Assembly: GCA_025594325.1 (NCBI GenBank)
Contig: JANHCV010000008.1
Location: 1,612,001-1,676,000, forward strand
Source: Blastocladiella emersonii ATCC 22665
Lineage: Eukaryota; Fungi; Blastocladiomycota
Length of the DNA: 64,000 nt
Direction of reading: 5' to 3'
The notes below the pieces were generated by a model. It was not told the DNA's origin, did not search any database, and worked only from the letters and a program-made list of their open reading frames with translations. Shown one piece after another: positions 44,585 through 58,273 of the stretch (position 1 is its first letter; the number at the start of each line of letters is the position of its first letter). The position numbers and the translations under genes were made by a program.

Positions 44585-45444
44585 GACCCGGATTTGGTGT
44601 CACGTAGGAGTTCAGTTCAGGGCCCAGTTTGCCGCGGGCGCGGATTGTGACGGCGACGCGCTTGATCAAGCTGGGTTTGATTGCATCAAAAACGATGGCC
44701 TGTTCGCTCCTGAAGCGCTCATCGTATAGCAAGCTGCTGCTCGAAGCAGGCCTCTATCCCGCGCAGCGCGCATCTCGCTCGGGCTGCCGCACCCGAAGGA
44801 TAACAGGGACACGAATATTTTAATTAACGTGATGCGTCCTTGCGACCAAGGAGCGCCGTCGGTCGGAAGACATTAAAAGTGTTGCTACTCTCGCACAACG
44901 CGAGATGAACGAAGGTCGTGCTCGCAATTAGTGAGCGCGGCGCTCGTGGCCGTCGTGGACGTGGCGACGCAGCCCGCTGGGCGGCGCGGTGAGCGAGACT
45001 ATGGCTGCACGCGGGACAGCCGCGTCCACGTCGCGTGTATCTACGTGGATCTCGAGCAGACGTTGGAGATGCTTCTCAAATAGTGTTACGAGTCATCTGT
45101 GTATCGGTGCCCATCGTCGTTACGCAACATCCCGACCATGTGTTCGTTTGGCGCATCCCATTGAGGGAAATGACAGCTTGTTCGGGGAAATGCTACCGCA
45201 GCGTTCTTCGCGATGCGAGAAGTCCGCACTCGGCTCAGACCTTCAGTGCGGAACAGAGCTGAGCCAAACTGCGGGCTGTGAGCTTGAGGACTGAGTGCAC
45301 CGCTGAGCATACGCCGAGTACGGACGGTAACCACAGTTTTCAAGCTTGAATGATGATCGCATATTCAAAACCTCATTGACAAACGGATGCTTAGTTTTGG
45401 CCGCAAACAATTCGCAATTCATTCTATATGACACGCTGTTTCCC

Positions 45445-47270
45445 TCAAAGTAGGGCAGGATGAGTGGACAAGTGGCTGGGGTTGCTTCTGATCTCAATTT
45501 TTGCTGGCCGTTTTGGCAGCGTTGAAAGGGCGACCGCACTCGATGCCTTGGCCTTTGCCTTAACGGTTGAGTTTGGATTATTCGTTGCTCTCTGCGTCTT
45601 GTTATAACTATCAGGCGGTCCAAGCACCCGCAACATGCGTTCCACTTCATCGGAAAGCTTTTGTTGATCATTGCCAATGAGAAGTCCTTGCATGCAATGT
45701 AGCGTGAGCAGCAGCTTACGAAAATGTAAGCGGCGATCGGGGCCCTTGAGCACGCGTAAAGCCGTCTCGAGTTCCGCATGCACCTGAGCGCAAAGTGCAT
45801 CGTTGGTCGCGCTGCGCGCCAGTAAGCGCTCAAGTTCGCAAACAATCTGTGTGATGCGGCCAGTCAGCGTTGCATCGTTGTCACCGCCGCGCGGTGGCTC
45901 GACTGGCCAAAGCGCCGAAGCTCCGGCCAAAATGGTGGAGATGTGCTTGGCGAGCTTGCTTACATTCAATCGAGAACAGCTCGCCATGTCATGTGGATCT
46001 GGAAGGGAACCGGGCATGAATTCGGGCATGGTTGAAAAGAGCGCGATGCACAAGTCGCACTTGATTGAAGCGACTTCAGCGCTGCAAACAACCGAATGAC
46101 TTTGGACTTTGACAGGAGCATCGTAGCGCAGCTGGGTGAGAGCAGAATTCAAGACCAGCTCAAGCGAGCAGCTCACCTCGTCGATTTGATTGCGCAGTAG
46201 CGCACGATCGACCCAGAGCAGCCTGTCGACTATCAATGACTTGACATGTGGGAGAAAGAGGCGCCCCGGTCGCCCGCTGCCGGATTCCTTGATCAGCTGC
46301 AAAATGTAAGCCACGGACTGGGTCCAATGAGCCTTGGCCGTGCTCGGTCCAACTTTAAAGGTCCTCCATCGCATGCACCAAGCTGGCCTTGGCTCGCGGA
46401 GCACGGCCAAGGTAACTCGGCGCGCCGTTTTGTCTGGCGTGGTGGGTGAGAGAGCGATTGCGAACATTCGATATTTCCCCTGCGGAATGATTCGGTGAGA
46501 TGCGATGAGAGTGACAGCGAGGCGAGTGGGCGGAACACCCGCATCCGCAAGGAAGTCAAGGCACTGCTCCATCAGTACAGTGACGGTATCAAGTTCGTCT
46601 GGATCGCAGATTGGGAAGGTGAACTTGATGCCACGCAAAAGGTTCTCTGGATCATAGTGCTCCAAGGTGTCGTTAAAAGGTACGGAGCCTTCAACAGATG
46701 ACATAGAAGGTAAGTTGGTCGATTGGAGGGCCGGTTCTGCCGGCTCCTGCGGTTTTGGAGAAGGAACAGTAGCAAGCGGCTTAGCGTGTGACTCGGGCTC
46801 GAGCACAGGATCTGGGTCAGAGTCCGGTTCAATCTCGGACAGCAAGGAATTGTCAGCTAGCGACATGAGCTCGCTCTTTGCGACGTTTGCCGGCGGCGCG
46901 TCAAGTAGAGGAACTGTCTCACTTGACTCAGAGACAGTACGGGGAGTAGACGGTGCTCCGGCTGGAGAAGAGAGGCCGCGCTGAGCAAGAAGTTCGGTAA
47001 TCTTTGTGTGCGTTGAGAGCGCAGTGGTCAGTTCCGCTGAAGCATTGGCGATTGGTCAGCGAAAAAGGGTGTACCCTGCGTAACGCGGGGGCTCAGGGCA
47101 GCTCCGATGAGCTCGAGCCGGCGCGTCAACAAGTTGCAAAGAGAGCCTTGCTCAAGTCGACTGGCGTCGCCTGGAGCCGTTGTTGGGAGGCTGCCCGTCG
47201 CCGCAACGTAGTCAAACGTGGCGACGCAGGGCCTCAAGTCGGCCTTGGAATCGGATGTCCTTAGTTCCAT
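45445..47270 (-). CDS. Hypothetical host protein; probable 38-nt intron at 47037-47074, 3' structure uncertain
   Basis: 473-aa ORF that joins an upstream exon through a GTACAC...CTGAC...CAG intron. No domain recognised. Confidence 0.55.
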
Positions 47271-47628
47271 AAATCCGTTGCATGAAGTGGTGACGTTTAG
47301 ATTCATGACAGAGACATGTTATGGGAGGGAATGGTCTGACGGCGCCCAAGGTCGCAAATTGGGCGCATTGCGGCACGTGGCCGCCGCCTCAAGCGCTCGC
47401 GCTTCTGCTCGCGCTCACCGCACACGGCGCCATCCTCGCCCTACTCATGAAGTCAACATGAATATTGTCGTTTGCAGAGAACGTGCAACTTTGAACCTGA
47501 GCTCCAAACCCCAGCTGAAACCCCAGCTCGATCGGGCCGGGGTCCGGGAGTTCGGTCAAGCCATCTTATCTCCCATCGCGCCTCACGCGCCGCACGCGGC
47601 TCCGCGACGCGCGACCACCTCTACTGAC

Positions 47629-47660
47629 TTCCCTTCCCTTCCCTTCCCTTCCCTTCCCTT
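47629..47660. repeat. (TTCCC)n microsatellite
   Basis: About six perfect units. Confidence 0.9.
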
Positions 47661-48716
47661 CACCCAAACCTTTTCGCACGACTCGTCGCTGTTGAAAAAT
47701 AAATCTCTCCAAAACTCGTCGCAACATGAAGGGCAGTGAATGAACGTGCGAAACCGTCGAAATGCGCGCCATCGTTACGTGATCAACGACCTTGAACGTG
47801 AAGCTCGTTAGCCGTCAGCGGCAAGCTCGCGTTGCGCACGACGGAGCCTCGTACAAAGTCACTTTTCGGTGAGCTTCCTGCGCTGGAACCGGTGTACAAA
47901 GCCAGCCGCGTTCCGCTTCCTGCCCTTTTCCAGTTCAATCGTTCGCGCGCCCGCACCACTATCCGAAGCAGGAGCAGGAGGAGCAGCAGCAGCAGCGATT
48001 CATGATGTCCGATGACCAACGTGAACTTGAAGAGATTAAGGACAACACCTCGCCGGCCATCACAGCTCGCATCACGACCATCGCGCGCACGTTCAGGACC
48101 GCCACAACCCACTCTTCAGGCTGCAAGACTTACACGCGCAAGAAGTATGTGTTCACGGAACTCCGGAAACAGTTCAACCATCTGTTCGTCGCGCGAGCGG
48201 CCGAACTGAGTGGCTACGTCTTCAAAAAATGGCGCCGAGTGGATCGTGGGGCCCCAACCTTAAAGAACGTGAACGGCCTGTCACTTGCGGTCCGCTGACA
48301 CCGTTATACCTTTGGCGGCGCTGGGACAGAAAAGTAAGCCAGCTTCACGCTATGTTATTAACATGCAACATGACGTTGAGGTGGAACTGTCTCACGTTCC
48401 GCCAGGGCGCGGTCGAGGACGCGGTCGAGAAGTTGATCCGTGCGTGGGCTGTGGCAGGCGGGCTGGCGGTCGTCGCGGCGATGCAGGAAGCCCCGGTCGT
48501 CAATAAAGACATGGCGGTGGATGGGCCTGCATCGTCAGCGCCGCGGAGGCGGCACTACTCACTGCTGCTCGTCCTCAACCGGAGCCTCGCCGACGCGCAT
48601 GACGCGGCCGTGCACGGGCTGCTCAAGTCCTGTAACGACTCACTGACCGTCGCCCTGGTCCTCAACGGGCTCGCCGCGGCATCTCCGCAGCCGCAGCTGA
48701 CACGGCTCTTGCGCGG

Positions 48717-49196
48717 GTGACGTCGCTGTTGGATGCGCTCCCCGACTGGACGAACGCGCAGGCCATAGATACGGACCCAAACGAGGGCGCAGACCTCGAC
48801 GCCGACGTCAAGTCCTTGCTCCCGCACGCCGCGCAGGTCCTGCTGCACATCCTGCAACACGCGCGCAACCTGATCCCGGCGGCGCCGCCGCGCGTCCGCG
48901 TCAAGGTGCTGCGTCTCGCCACCGCGACGCTTGAAAGGGTATGCAACAGTAATTTCAAGGCCTTCAATGCCGCCAAGAAGCGTGTAGAAGTCAGCGGGAA
49001 ACAACTGCGTGGAGCGTTTCACGCCGAGTGCTCCGTTTATGCCGACGCCGAATCGCGCATGACCGAGAATCGCATTGCGTCCCGCGGTATGACTGACGAG
49101 TTTGCACGACAGCGCCTCCTCACCAAACGAACTCATCCCCGCTCAAGTGACGACGCTGATCATATATACGAGGCACGAAGGCGGGGTGTTGATTGA
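48717..49196 (+). CDS. Hypothetical protein or gene fragment
   Basis: 159-aa ORF with GC3-rich codons. Confidence 0.25.
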   Translation: MTSLLDALPDWTNAQAIDTDPNEGADLDADVKSLLPHAAQVLLHILQHARNLIPAAPPRVRVKVLRLATATLERVCNSNFKAFNAAKKRVEVSGKQLRGAFHAECSVYADAESRMTENRIASRGMTDEFARQRLLTKRTHPRSSDDADHIYEARRRGVD

Positions 49197-49731
49197 CCTG
49201 ACGACTACCAAATGTACTTGATGATTTTTCACTCACACCGTCCCCATGAGGAGGAGCACCGAGGAAAGCACGACGCGGTCGCCAGGGTCGCGTTGCGCCG
49301 CATTCAAATCGCCGGGTGCTCATTGGTCCCGCCGCGCCGGCCCGTTCCAAATCTGACTCTGCGTCTCAGCTGGGCTTTCCCGCCGAGCCAGCTCTGGTTG
49401 CTTTTTCTCTGCAAACGACAATAACTTGCAGCAATAACTTGAGACCGCTTCCCCAAGCACGAAAGTGTGTTTATTTGGAATCCGCGTCGATAACGTTGAT
49501 GAGCGGATCCCGGTGCATGCCGTCAACGTGTTGGTCTCCGCGATTGCCGACACAGTCGTTCGACTGGGTTGTTGAGACCGAGCGGATGGCGTCGCGACTG
49601 CGTGGACCGCACCACTTCTGCGGCGGCGACGGTGCCCGGCGATGTTGGTCGACGGGCTCTCGCGCACGGCCAGCTGAGCAGGCGAGCGTGCGTGTCGCGG
49701 ATGGAGGGGCGAGGGTGATGCATAGCGATAC

Positions 49732-50960
49732 ATGAAGTCTTCGGGCGGCGGCGGGAGCGGGAGCGGGAGCGGGAGCGGGAGCGGAAGCGCGGGCGACGCA
49801 GCAACTTTGAGCCGGAATGGATCCAAGACACGGCCCACCGCACGCGCGAGGCCGGCCGGATCAAAGCAGTCAGCTGACAGCCCGGTCGCGATTCGTTCAG
49901 CCGCAGGAAGGACGCGACGCGCCACAGGCGCCGCCACCCGCCCGCCGACCCCGCCGACCCCCGTCTTCGCTGCCACGGCACTCGACAATGTCCCCAACTT
50001 GATGCAAACCAATGAAACTAGCCGGATGCACACGACTTTGCGTGCAGTCGCGCTCCGCCGCGAAATCACCCAGTCGGCCTTGAACAACAGCGAGGGTCGC
50101 GCCTACTCCTTCGTCAACCGCAGCCGCTTCGACCTGATCTCGGACCCGTTCAGCTTCGGGTTGCCCAAAGGCACCGTCAAGCGAGCCGTCTTAGAGCTTT
50201 CTGCCCGGGCGGGTGCTAACGCGAGCTGTGTGAGGCGCCCGCGCACCTCCTCGCCCAGCAGAACAACACGCTCAACAACTTCAAGTGGGTCGCCATGGAG
50301 GGCGTCATGAACCTCATCGACGACGCTGGCGGGAGCAGCGGCGCGCGACGGCGCCACAATTCTCGAGCCTGGAGATCCTCGCTCCCGCAGCTGGCAGCTG
50401 GCGCGCAGCAGATGCTGCGGATCAAGATGGCGACGACGACGTCCGCGATCAACCGCGCAAGTTTGGACTGAACCTCGCTCGCCCCGTTCTCGCGTAGCCC
50501 CAGGTGTACCAGATGCTGATCCTCGCGCGGCACAGCCAGCTCCTCGACGGGACGGTCCCAGGAGGTCATGCACGCGCGCGTTGTCACACAATACGGTTCG
50601 CTTTGGTAGGATACCACGATTGTACGTTTCCGCGCGTGTGACGCGCCCCTCGCTGCATCGATTCACGCGCGCAGTCGCTGACGGGTGCTCGCATGCTTGT
50701 AGGACTGCCTTGTCGATGGCCAGCGACGCGTCGTCGAGCCGCGCATCATCCTCATGTTTGACTACGAGAGCGAGCACGGCACCCTGCTCGCCTTCAACGA
50801 CGTGTTCAGCTACCACCTTCAGCGGCAACCCAACGGGCCGCGTGACGACCTGGGCTACGTCAAGCTCACGCGAAGCGCCGTGTCCATTCCTTCGTCGGCC
50901 GCGGCCGTCGAGCTCGCCGCCCATGCCGTGCCCGCGTTCTCGGCGACGTCGAGTGCGTGA
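49732..50960 (+). pseudogene. Probable multi-exon or degenerate host gene of unknown family
   Basis: Coding-like blocks (RAYSFVNRSRFDLISDPF, NNFKWVAMEGVMNLID, DYESEHGTLLAFNDVFSYHL) separated by frame changes. Confidence 0.3.
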
Positions 50961-51672
50961 GCCGCGACCAGTACCACATCAGCGAGCTTCCAGGCTTCCT
51001 GCACTCGATCCGCTAGCGCGCGGCGGCCGCTTCACACGCCGCAGCGCGCTACGCGCGCACATCTGCCCCCTCTACTGCTATCCCACATTTCGCGCCGCTC
51101 ATATATCGAGTACTTCCCGCCGCAGAACCTGTCGCTCAATTGGCCCCGAATTGGGTCCAGCTCAGTCCGAGTCTCTGACCCTCAGTTCGCTCTGTATGAG
51201 GCCCAATTCATGAGAGCATTTCATATGAAGTCAATTGTGCTGGCCGACACCCATTTCAGCTCATATGGTCCCAGTTCACCGTTCCGGGTTTTGTGAGGCT
51301 CCCTTAAACCACTTCGCTCATGCATCTCATGAACGCAGGACTTGCTGCAATGGAACGGGCCGGCCTTGATGCTTATTCTACACGTGGTGGCGTGGGCACT
51401 TTGCGCTAGTGGCACCGCGTCGGCCGGCTCGCCGCGATTTCCGTGAGCTGCACTTGGAAGTAAAAAATATTCTTGAATCGCCACTTGACAGTTCTGTCTC
51501 ACACAGGGAGCTGAAACCGTGGAGGCAGGGGGACTTAGCCCCCCTGGTGGAGGAGGAGACGCGTTGCGAAATCATCTGACTCACCACATGATCAAGCCGG
51601 GCCGCGTCAGTGAGCGAAATCGCCGCCACTCCTCGCGCGCTCCCCTCTCCCACTGCAACTCGCCTCGCTACC

Positions 51673-54600
51673 ATGAAGCAGAAGAAAAAGACTTCCCGCA
51701 AACGCGGCGGCAAAGCCCCTGCAACCGCTGAGCCCGCGCCCGCCGCGGCGTCGGCCCCGCAGCTTCCGCCGACTTTGACGTGTGCGACGCTCAACCTCGG
51801 CGGGAAGACCGATCCGTTCTACCCGTACGGTCGGACCTACCCGCGCGACCTGTTTCTGTACCACACCCCGCGCTTGCTTCGGCGCCTTGACGCGCTCGTG
51901 TTTCAGTGCGGCGACTTGCGCGACGTGGCGCGCACGTACGACGACGCCAAGCGCAAATACGGGTTCGGTGCCGACGTCACGTTCGTGCTCAGCGAATCGT
52001 ATCCAGAGGTGATTGCGCGCAACTTGCTTGTTCTGCACGCCGTTGCGCGCTGCGACGCCGCCTCGAAGCCTGTGCTTACTCGCCATATTGTCCAACTTAC
52101 TTACTCGCCGCTTCTCGACCCCGACACCCGCGACTTTTGGCACGCGCAGATGCGTGCTTGTTTGGATGCGACTTGGACCAACGAAGATGCCCAGGTTCGC
52201 GTGCTTGACGAGGACACGCTCCGTGCTGTCCGTCACTGCTGGGAGTCGTGGCTCGCGTGTGACTGGTCGCCCGAAAAGCTTATGTGTACCCGCGACGACT
52301 ACTGGACGCTAGTGTACGGCGACTCGTACAACGAAGCCAAGCACGTGGATGCTGCTGTGAACCGATTCATGATCGAATCTCTCAGCCTCTTCACGGAATT
52401 GATTTCCGACGGCGATCGCAGGATCGCCTTGGAGAACGAGGTCCGGTCGCTCTTGGAAAGTAAAATCTTCAGCTTTGACGACGGATCGAGCGCGGCATCC
52501 CTCGGCGCTGCGCGCGTTGTGCTCACTCTTGCAGTCAATCCAACGATGCTTCTCGCCTCTTCTCGCCGCTCTCTCGTGTTTGAGTCTCCGTCTGCCTTCT
52601 CTCCGCTCAACGTTTTTGTCCTTGACCCGTGCGACATGCACGGCAGCCTGCACCGCACGCTGGAAAAGTACGTCAACTCGCTCGTTGAGGCCTTTGGTCC
52701 TGGTAGCGAAAAACGCTCCAATGCCCTGTCACAGCGCCCCGCTTCTACTTGGAAGGAATCGCCACAGGTTACGCCATTCCTTTGCCGCGTCGCCTTTGTC
52801 GCTGGTCATCCCATCAAGATGATGGAGAAGCTTGCTTCTCAGCCTCAAATTTGCTTCCCTCCGCTGACGCCGCCTCGCCCTGCTTACAACGGCCAGCACG
52901 AGCAGAAACTGTTTCTTCGCTTCAACGTCATCGAAACGGGCACCTCGACGGATTCGTGCGGGTTGCTAAACCTGCTCGTGCACGCTTCTCCGCTGCTGAC
53001 CACCAATTGGGAGTCGGGCCGCTCGTTTGTGCACGCCTGGACCGACTACCTGCACACGATCGCGACTTCGCGGTCTGACTACTTGTGCCGCGTCACGGCG
53101 CTCCCGCTCGAGGCGTATCCGACACTTCTCGGCGTGAACCTCTACGAGCAAGGCACTGGCGACTATTGGAACTCTTACACGACACGCCTCGCTTGGAACG
53201 TTTGCCAGGTAGCGTGCTTTGGTGGCCGCAGCCACGAAGAGTTCACTTTCACCAAGGTCACGGATCCGAACGTGCCCGTTGCGCTGCGCGATTCGCCGTT
53301 CCTCCTTGACGCGATTTTGCAGTGTGCGGAGGGATTGTACGGGCCCAAAGCAAATGCCCTTGCTGTCATGCATGGTACACTAAATTCTCTTCCTCCTTGA
53401 TGACTGCGCACTCAATACGTTGCATGCTTGTAGCTGGACCGAACATGACGGGCGCCTTGCTTCCCAAACTTATTGCGCTCGCGTTCGCCTCGGGTCGCTT
53501 GACTTGGACGGGCGCCGCGCAGCTTTCAGTCCCGCCGTGGCCAGACATGCATGAGCTGTGGTCCGCGATTCGCATAGGTCTGTCGCTCACCACGCGCACG
53601 GCGGAGATCTTCGCCCAAGCGCAGCTCAACGGGTTCCCCGTTGGCGAACCACTTGCTGGAGCGTACCTGTACCGCGTCGAGGGGAATATTAGCTGCGCGG
53701 CAATCTCGTCGGCGTGTATCCCAAACGTACTTTCCGCCATGGTGCTCGAGATTGGCGGCGCGCACCAGTTCCGCAGCCTTAGCGCTGTTCAATCTGACAT
53801 CAAGCTCGTGGGCGAGACTGCGGGACAGCAGCTGTACGTCGCCGCATATGTCCCCCAATAGGTTGTCGAGGGTTTTTATGACGAGCTCGAGGTTCGCGTC
53901 CGTTTTGACCATCGCCACGTCTGCATCAAGCCGGCGCACGAGCAGTCCGTGCCTCTTGCTTCTGTCACGACCACCATGATTCCCTCCAGTGCATTGACAG
54001 GTGCTTGGGCCAGCATGCGTAGCATCGCCGACTTTGCGGCTGCGACGCGCTTCTTTCCTTGCAAGCCCGACGCAACGCCCCTGTCATCGAGTCTTATCAT
54101 GCCCATTGTCAGTGCTTCCGAGAGCGCCTCAACGATCGAGCTGACGCTTTCAATTCCGCGCGGCTTGCAGCGTGTACGAGTCGATCGCGTGACCGAGGAC
54201 GAGTCTGATCTTGCAGCTGGCGCCGCCGTTTACAAGGTAAACGGCCGGGTACAGGTTATCCGACTGCCTTGTCATGTCACGGTCAATTCCGTCTCCGCCG
54301 ATCTGCAGCAAAGCACAGTCAAGCTCACTCTCACTCGTGTCCTTGGCCCAATTGCGTTCCATGTCTCTCTTTTCCCGCTCATGTGCTGCCCACCCGATCG
54401 CGCCGACATGTATGACATTAGCGCACTGTGTCATACTGACCAGCAAGCCGCCATCCTCGCTACCAAACAATCCGCCTTGCCTGATGACATTCCCGCGTTC
54501 GATGCCTCGCGGGAAATCCCTGCAGACGACCTGACGTGCGAGCAGCAGGCGCGCTTCGTTCGCTTCTTTTCAACACGTCTCCTTTCTGCATACGCAACGG

Positions 54601-55181
54601 GTCATCGCGTCGTCGAGCTGCGAATTGAGGACTTGGCGAAACAGAACAAAGTACCCGCCGCCGTGATCATTCTAAATCGGCTGTCCGTCATCCCGCCGTC
54701 CAACACGTCGCACGCGCACACGCCCGTCCTCGAGGTCCAGTACATGCCGGCGCCAGCGCCCAATCGTTTCACGAGTTACGACCGTCGTGCGTCGAAGGCC
54801 ACACTTGCGCTGTTTGACCAGATTGCGAACAAGTACCGCTTGCACGGGCCCAACCCGGCGCCCCCCACGCGCATCACGCTTACCACCAACTTTGCGTCGC
54901 TTGCCCTGCAGTATCTCGAGCTTGGGCACTTTTCGATGCCCGCGGAGGGCGTGTGGAACGAGAGTTACTTTGAGCCGGCCTTCTTCAAGCGCATCCAGCC
55001 GCACCTGTACCGCTCGTTCCTCGTCCCGCACTACCCGCGGCACGGCGCCGAGTACAGGGTCCCGATTCCGGAGGTCCCGGTCGAGCCGCACGCTTGCACT
55101 CCGGCTAGAAAGGCGCTTGAGCGCGGCTTCGCGGCCGACCATCACGAGGAGTGGGATGAGCGTATCGTCGAGATTGAGTGA
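51673..55181 (+). pseudogene. DUF4470-domain protein (about 1150 aa), intron 53375-53433, single in-frame TAG at 53859-53861
   Basis: VFQCGDLRDV...ESYPEVIARNLLVL matches DUF4470-type motifs. The three track ORFs join into one frame through one intron and one TAG. No recognisable C-terminal MYND finger. Confidence 0.7.
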
Positions 55182-55322
55182 ATTCTGACGTGATTTATAC
55201 ATCTCATGTTTGAGTTTCGAACGAATGATTCTTTGTGAGCCCCCTGTCGCTCGTGATTCCCACGGCCGAGCGACTTGAACGCGACGCGTCGCGCCTCCCT
55301 CCAACTCCCCAACTCAAAACCC

Positions 55323-57735
55323 ATGAAGCAGTCTGCCATGAAACACTCCATGCATTGCGATCAAGGACCGCCTGCAACGCAGGTGCTGTCGTTTGCCGAC
55401 CTCCCGACCGAGTTGGCTGCCGCCGTGGTTCAGCTCGCTCAGATCGGCACCGCCGTCCCCTCGGCGTCGCGAGTGCTCGCCATTGTCTGTCGCGATTCCT
55501 CGGCGCTCTCGGTTTGGACAACACGGGAACTTGTTCGCCTCGGCGAGCTGAACCGGAGTCGAGTCCGCTACTGGATGCGTTCGCCTAAGTTGATGATAGT
55601 TGAAGCCGTTTCTCAGCTGCAGCACCAACTGCGCCGCACTTGTGATGATTCTGCATCACGCGACGACGATTCTGGATCATGCAACGACAATTCAGCAGTA
55701 TTTGAAGGACTTGGCAGGGAGATCGATGCTTTCTTGCGCGCCATCTTCTCCTGCGCTTGCACAGGTCGCCGCGTCCACTCTCATCTCGTTGGTCGAACAG
55801 CTGACCAGCTCGCCTCGAATATGGCTTCTGTTCTTGAACAACTCACAGATTCTCCGCAGCGAGTCTCGCTTTGCCTTAGTCCTGTTGTGACAATACTTCG
55901 CATTCTCTCGGCCGCAGTCGTGCTCAACAACCGGTCCTTTCTCGCCCACGCACTCGAGGCGATTGAACTGCGCTGGCCTCAGCTGCTCTCCGTGCGGCTT
56001 TCCTGGCACACTTGGGATGCTCTCGCTCTCTACCGTGCTTTTAGCCGTTCAAAGGACTTCGAATTTCCTGGATTGGACACCTCGTCATCTTCATACGAGC
56101 CGTCTCTGACCGATTTTCTTGCCTTTGCCGCGGCCACGTCGTGGAACTCGCGTCCGCTCGAACTTCTTCTCTCTCCGCGGTTTGGCGCTACGCCGACAAA
56201 GGTCCTCGAGTTCCTCTCTCTCAAACCCGTCTCGCATCTCATGTTCAACACGCTCGAGGAGACTCAGATTGAGGACGACGACATTTCTGGTGTGGTAGCG
56301 GCCATCCTTTCGTGCAGCTGCGATGTTCCCAATCCGCTTGTTCTTCAGGCAGTCTGCAGCGTTGCCGAGAACATTCCACAAGTACTGGCTGGCCTCCTGC
56401 CGCAGTTCGTCGACCAAATTCTCGCGTCCCTTACTCCCGAACAGCTTGTTCTCGTCAGTCGTTCGATTGCCGAGTGTATTGAGCCTTCGGAAGAAGATCC
56501 GAATCGTGATCATGAAGCTGAGCTTGAACGGTGCGAGGAGGTGATCAAAGAGGTACTTCCTCCGCTCATCGTTCACGGCTTGCTTCAGCCGCGTGAGCTT
56601 GGCCAGATCCTTGTACGTCTGATCAACGACCGGCACTTGAGCAAGGCGGCTGCCGACCTTCGACCAATTGTGCCTTTGTCGATGTGGGACGACGTTCTCG
56701 TTTCGGGTACATTTCCTTCCGCAGTGCTTGCATGGGGGTTGAGAAAGTGCTAACTCTCGCTGTCCCTGCTGTTGATGAATAGCTTTCAAGGATCCGCAAA
56801 CCGAGGATTGGGGCCAGAAACACCGAGAGCTTGCTCGATTTGCATGCGAAACGCCCATTTTCCACCTCCTTTCTCAACTCAAGCCGGTTTTCGAGTCCCC
56901 AGACGGCTTTCACGTGGGCGACTTCCTTGCTACCTTTTTCAACGAGAGCACCAATACGGACGACAACATGTTCGAGCTCTTCTCCATTGTCGTGCCGCAC
57001 CTGCCAAGCCTGCCCCCGCGAACGTTTGCCCACGACTACGAAATGTGTTTCTTGCTCACGCGTCTCGCGGTGGCCGTATTTTCGCAGCCACAACTTCGAG
57101 ATCGCGCTCTTGACCTTGTGCGCGAAGCGGGCTCTGCTACCAAATTGGTCGTGGTCATGGTCCTCATCCGGCTGAAGTATCCTAACATCCTGCCGGACCA
57201 GCCCGCGTCATACCACGTCGACCAAGCATGCTGCTCATCTGCTTACGAATCTGCTTGGCGCGAAACTTTCTCCACGCTCTTCGCCGCAGCCATGCCCTGC
57301 GGGACCGAACTAGCGAAGCCGCTCTCGGAGGCTGCGAGGTGGGCACGACAGTTTCATCAAATGGTGAGTCGCGACCGGTGTATCTGCTTACGCTGCTACC
57401 AGTCGCGCGAACCGGCCGACGGGTTGACCGAGTTCGTGCTCACCACACTGCTTCAGCACGACGCGAAGCTGGTCGTCACGCTGTTCGAGGCGCTTAATCC
57501 TCTCCCTACCATGTGCTCGAAGTTTCTACCCTCCGGGTCTCTCGACGACGCCATGACCGCAGAGCGCGTTAGTGCTCTTGCTTCGTCACGGGACGCTAAT
57601 GTCAATCATCTGGCTGAGCTTCAACGCCTCGCCCCCACCAAATACGCGGCGGCAGATTTGCTTCCGCCACAAGATGAGGCCAAGCGTCAATATCGCGATA
57701 CCTGGTTCCACGCGTATTACGGCAATCCGTCGTAG
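55323..57735 (+). CDS. F-box-like protein, intron 56707-56782
   Basis: N-terminal LSFADLPTELAAAVV is F-box-like. A GTACAT...CTAAC...TAG intron joins the 492-aa and 273-aa ORFs in frame. Confidence 0.6.
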
Positions 57736-58273
57736 ACTTGTGTGGCCATGTCGTCGGCCCCTGCCGCCTTGGGTCGGACAACGCTGGCATCGTAGGTGAT
57801 CAATTTGTGTGCATACAGGTCTGAGTGGAACAACGATGTTTGGCGTTCATGTTCAAAAACCGAATCAAGTCGGTGAGGGGAAGTGGTGCGGCAAGAAGCG
57901 TCACGGCGCGCCGCGCCACTCACGTGACCAATCCCGATTGAAAGTTTTCCTTGCACTTGGAAAATGAGCATCTGGACCCTTTTTTGGCCATCAATCCTTG
58001 ACAGCATTGGAGTGAAACGGTCCCTATACGTCGCTCAAACCTGAGGCAAGAGCAAAACCGCGTCGTTTTGCAGTTTCGCATCAGTGCCACCAGCGCGCTC
58101 ATGCTTGACCTCCCGCTCTGTACTGCGCCAATAATAAGGTCTGAACTGAGAGTTGACGCCCTTGAAACGAAAAGGCTTGGCCGACACTGCCCGCGGGTGC
58201 GCTTCAAATCGCGTCCCGAAACGCGTCTCGCGGCGGTCAGGTGAGCGTCAGGTGACCGGTTGCCACAACGACC

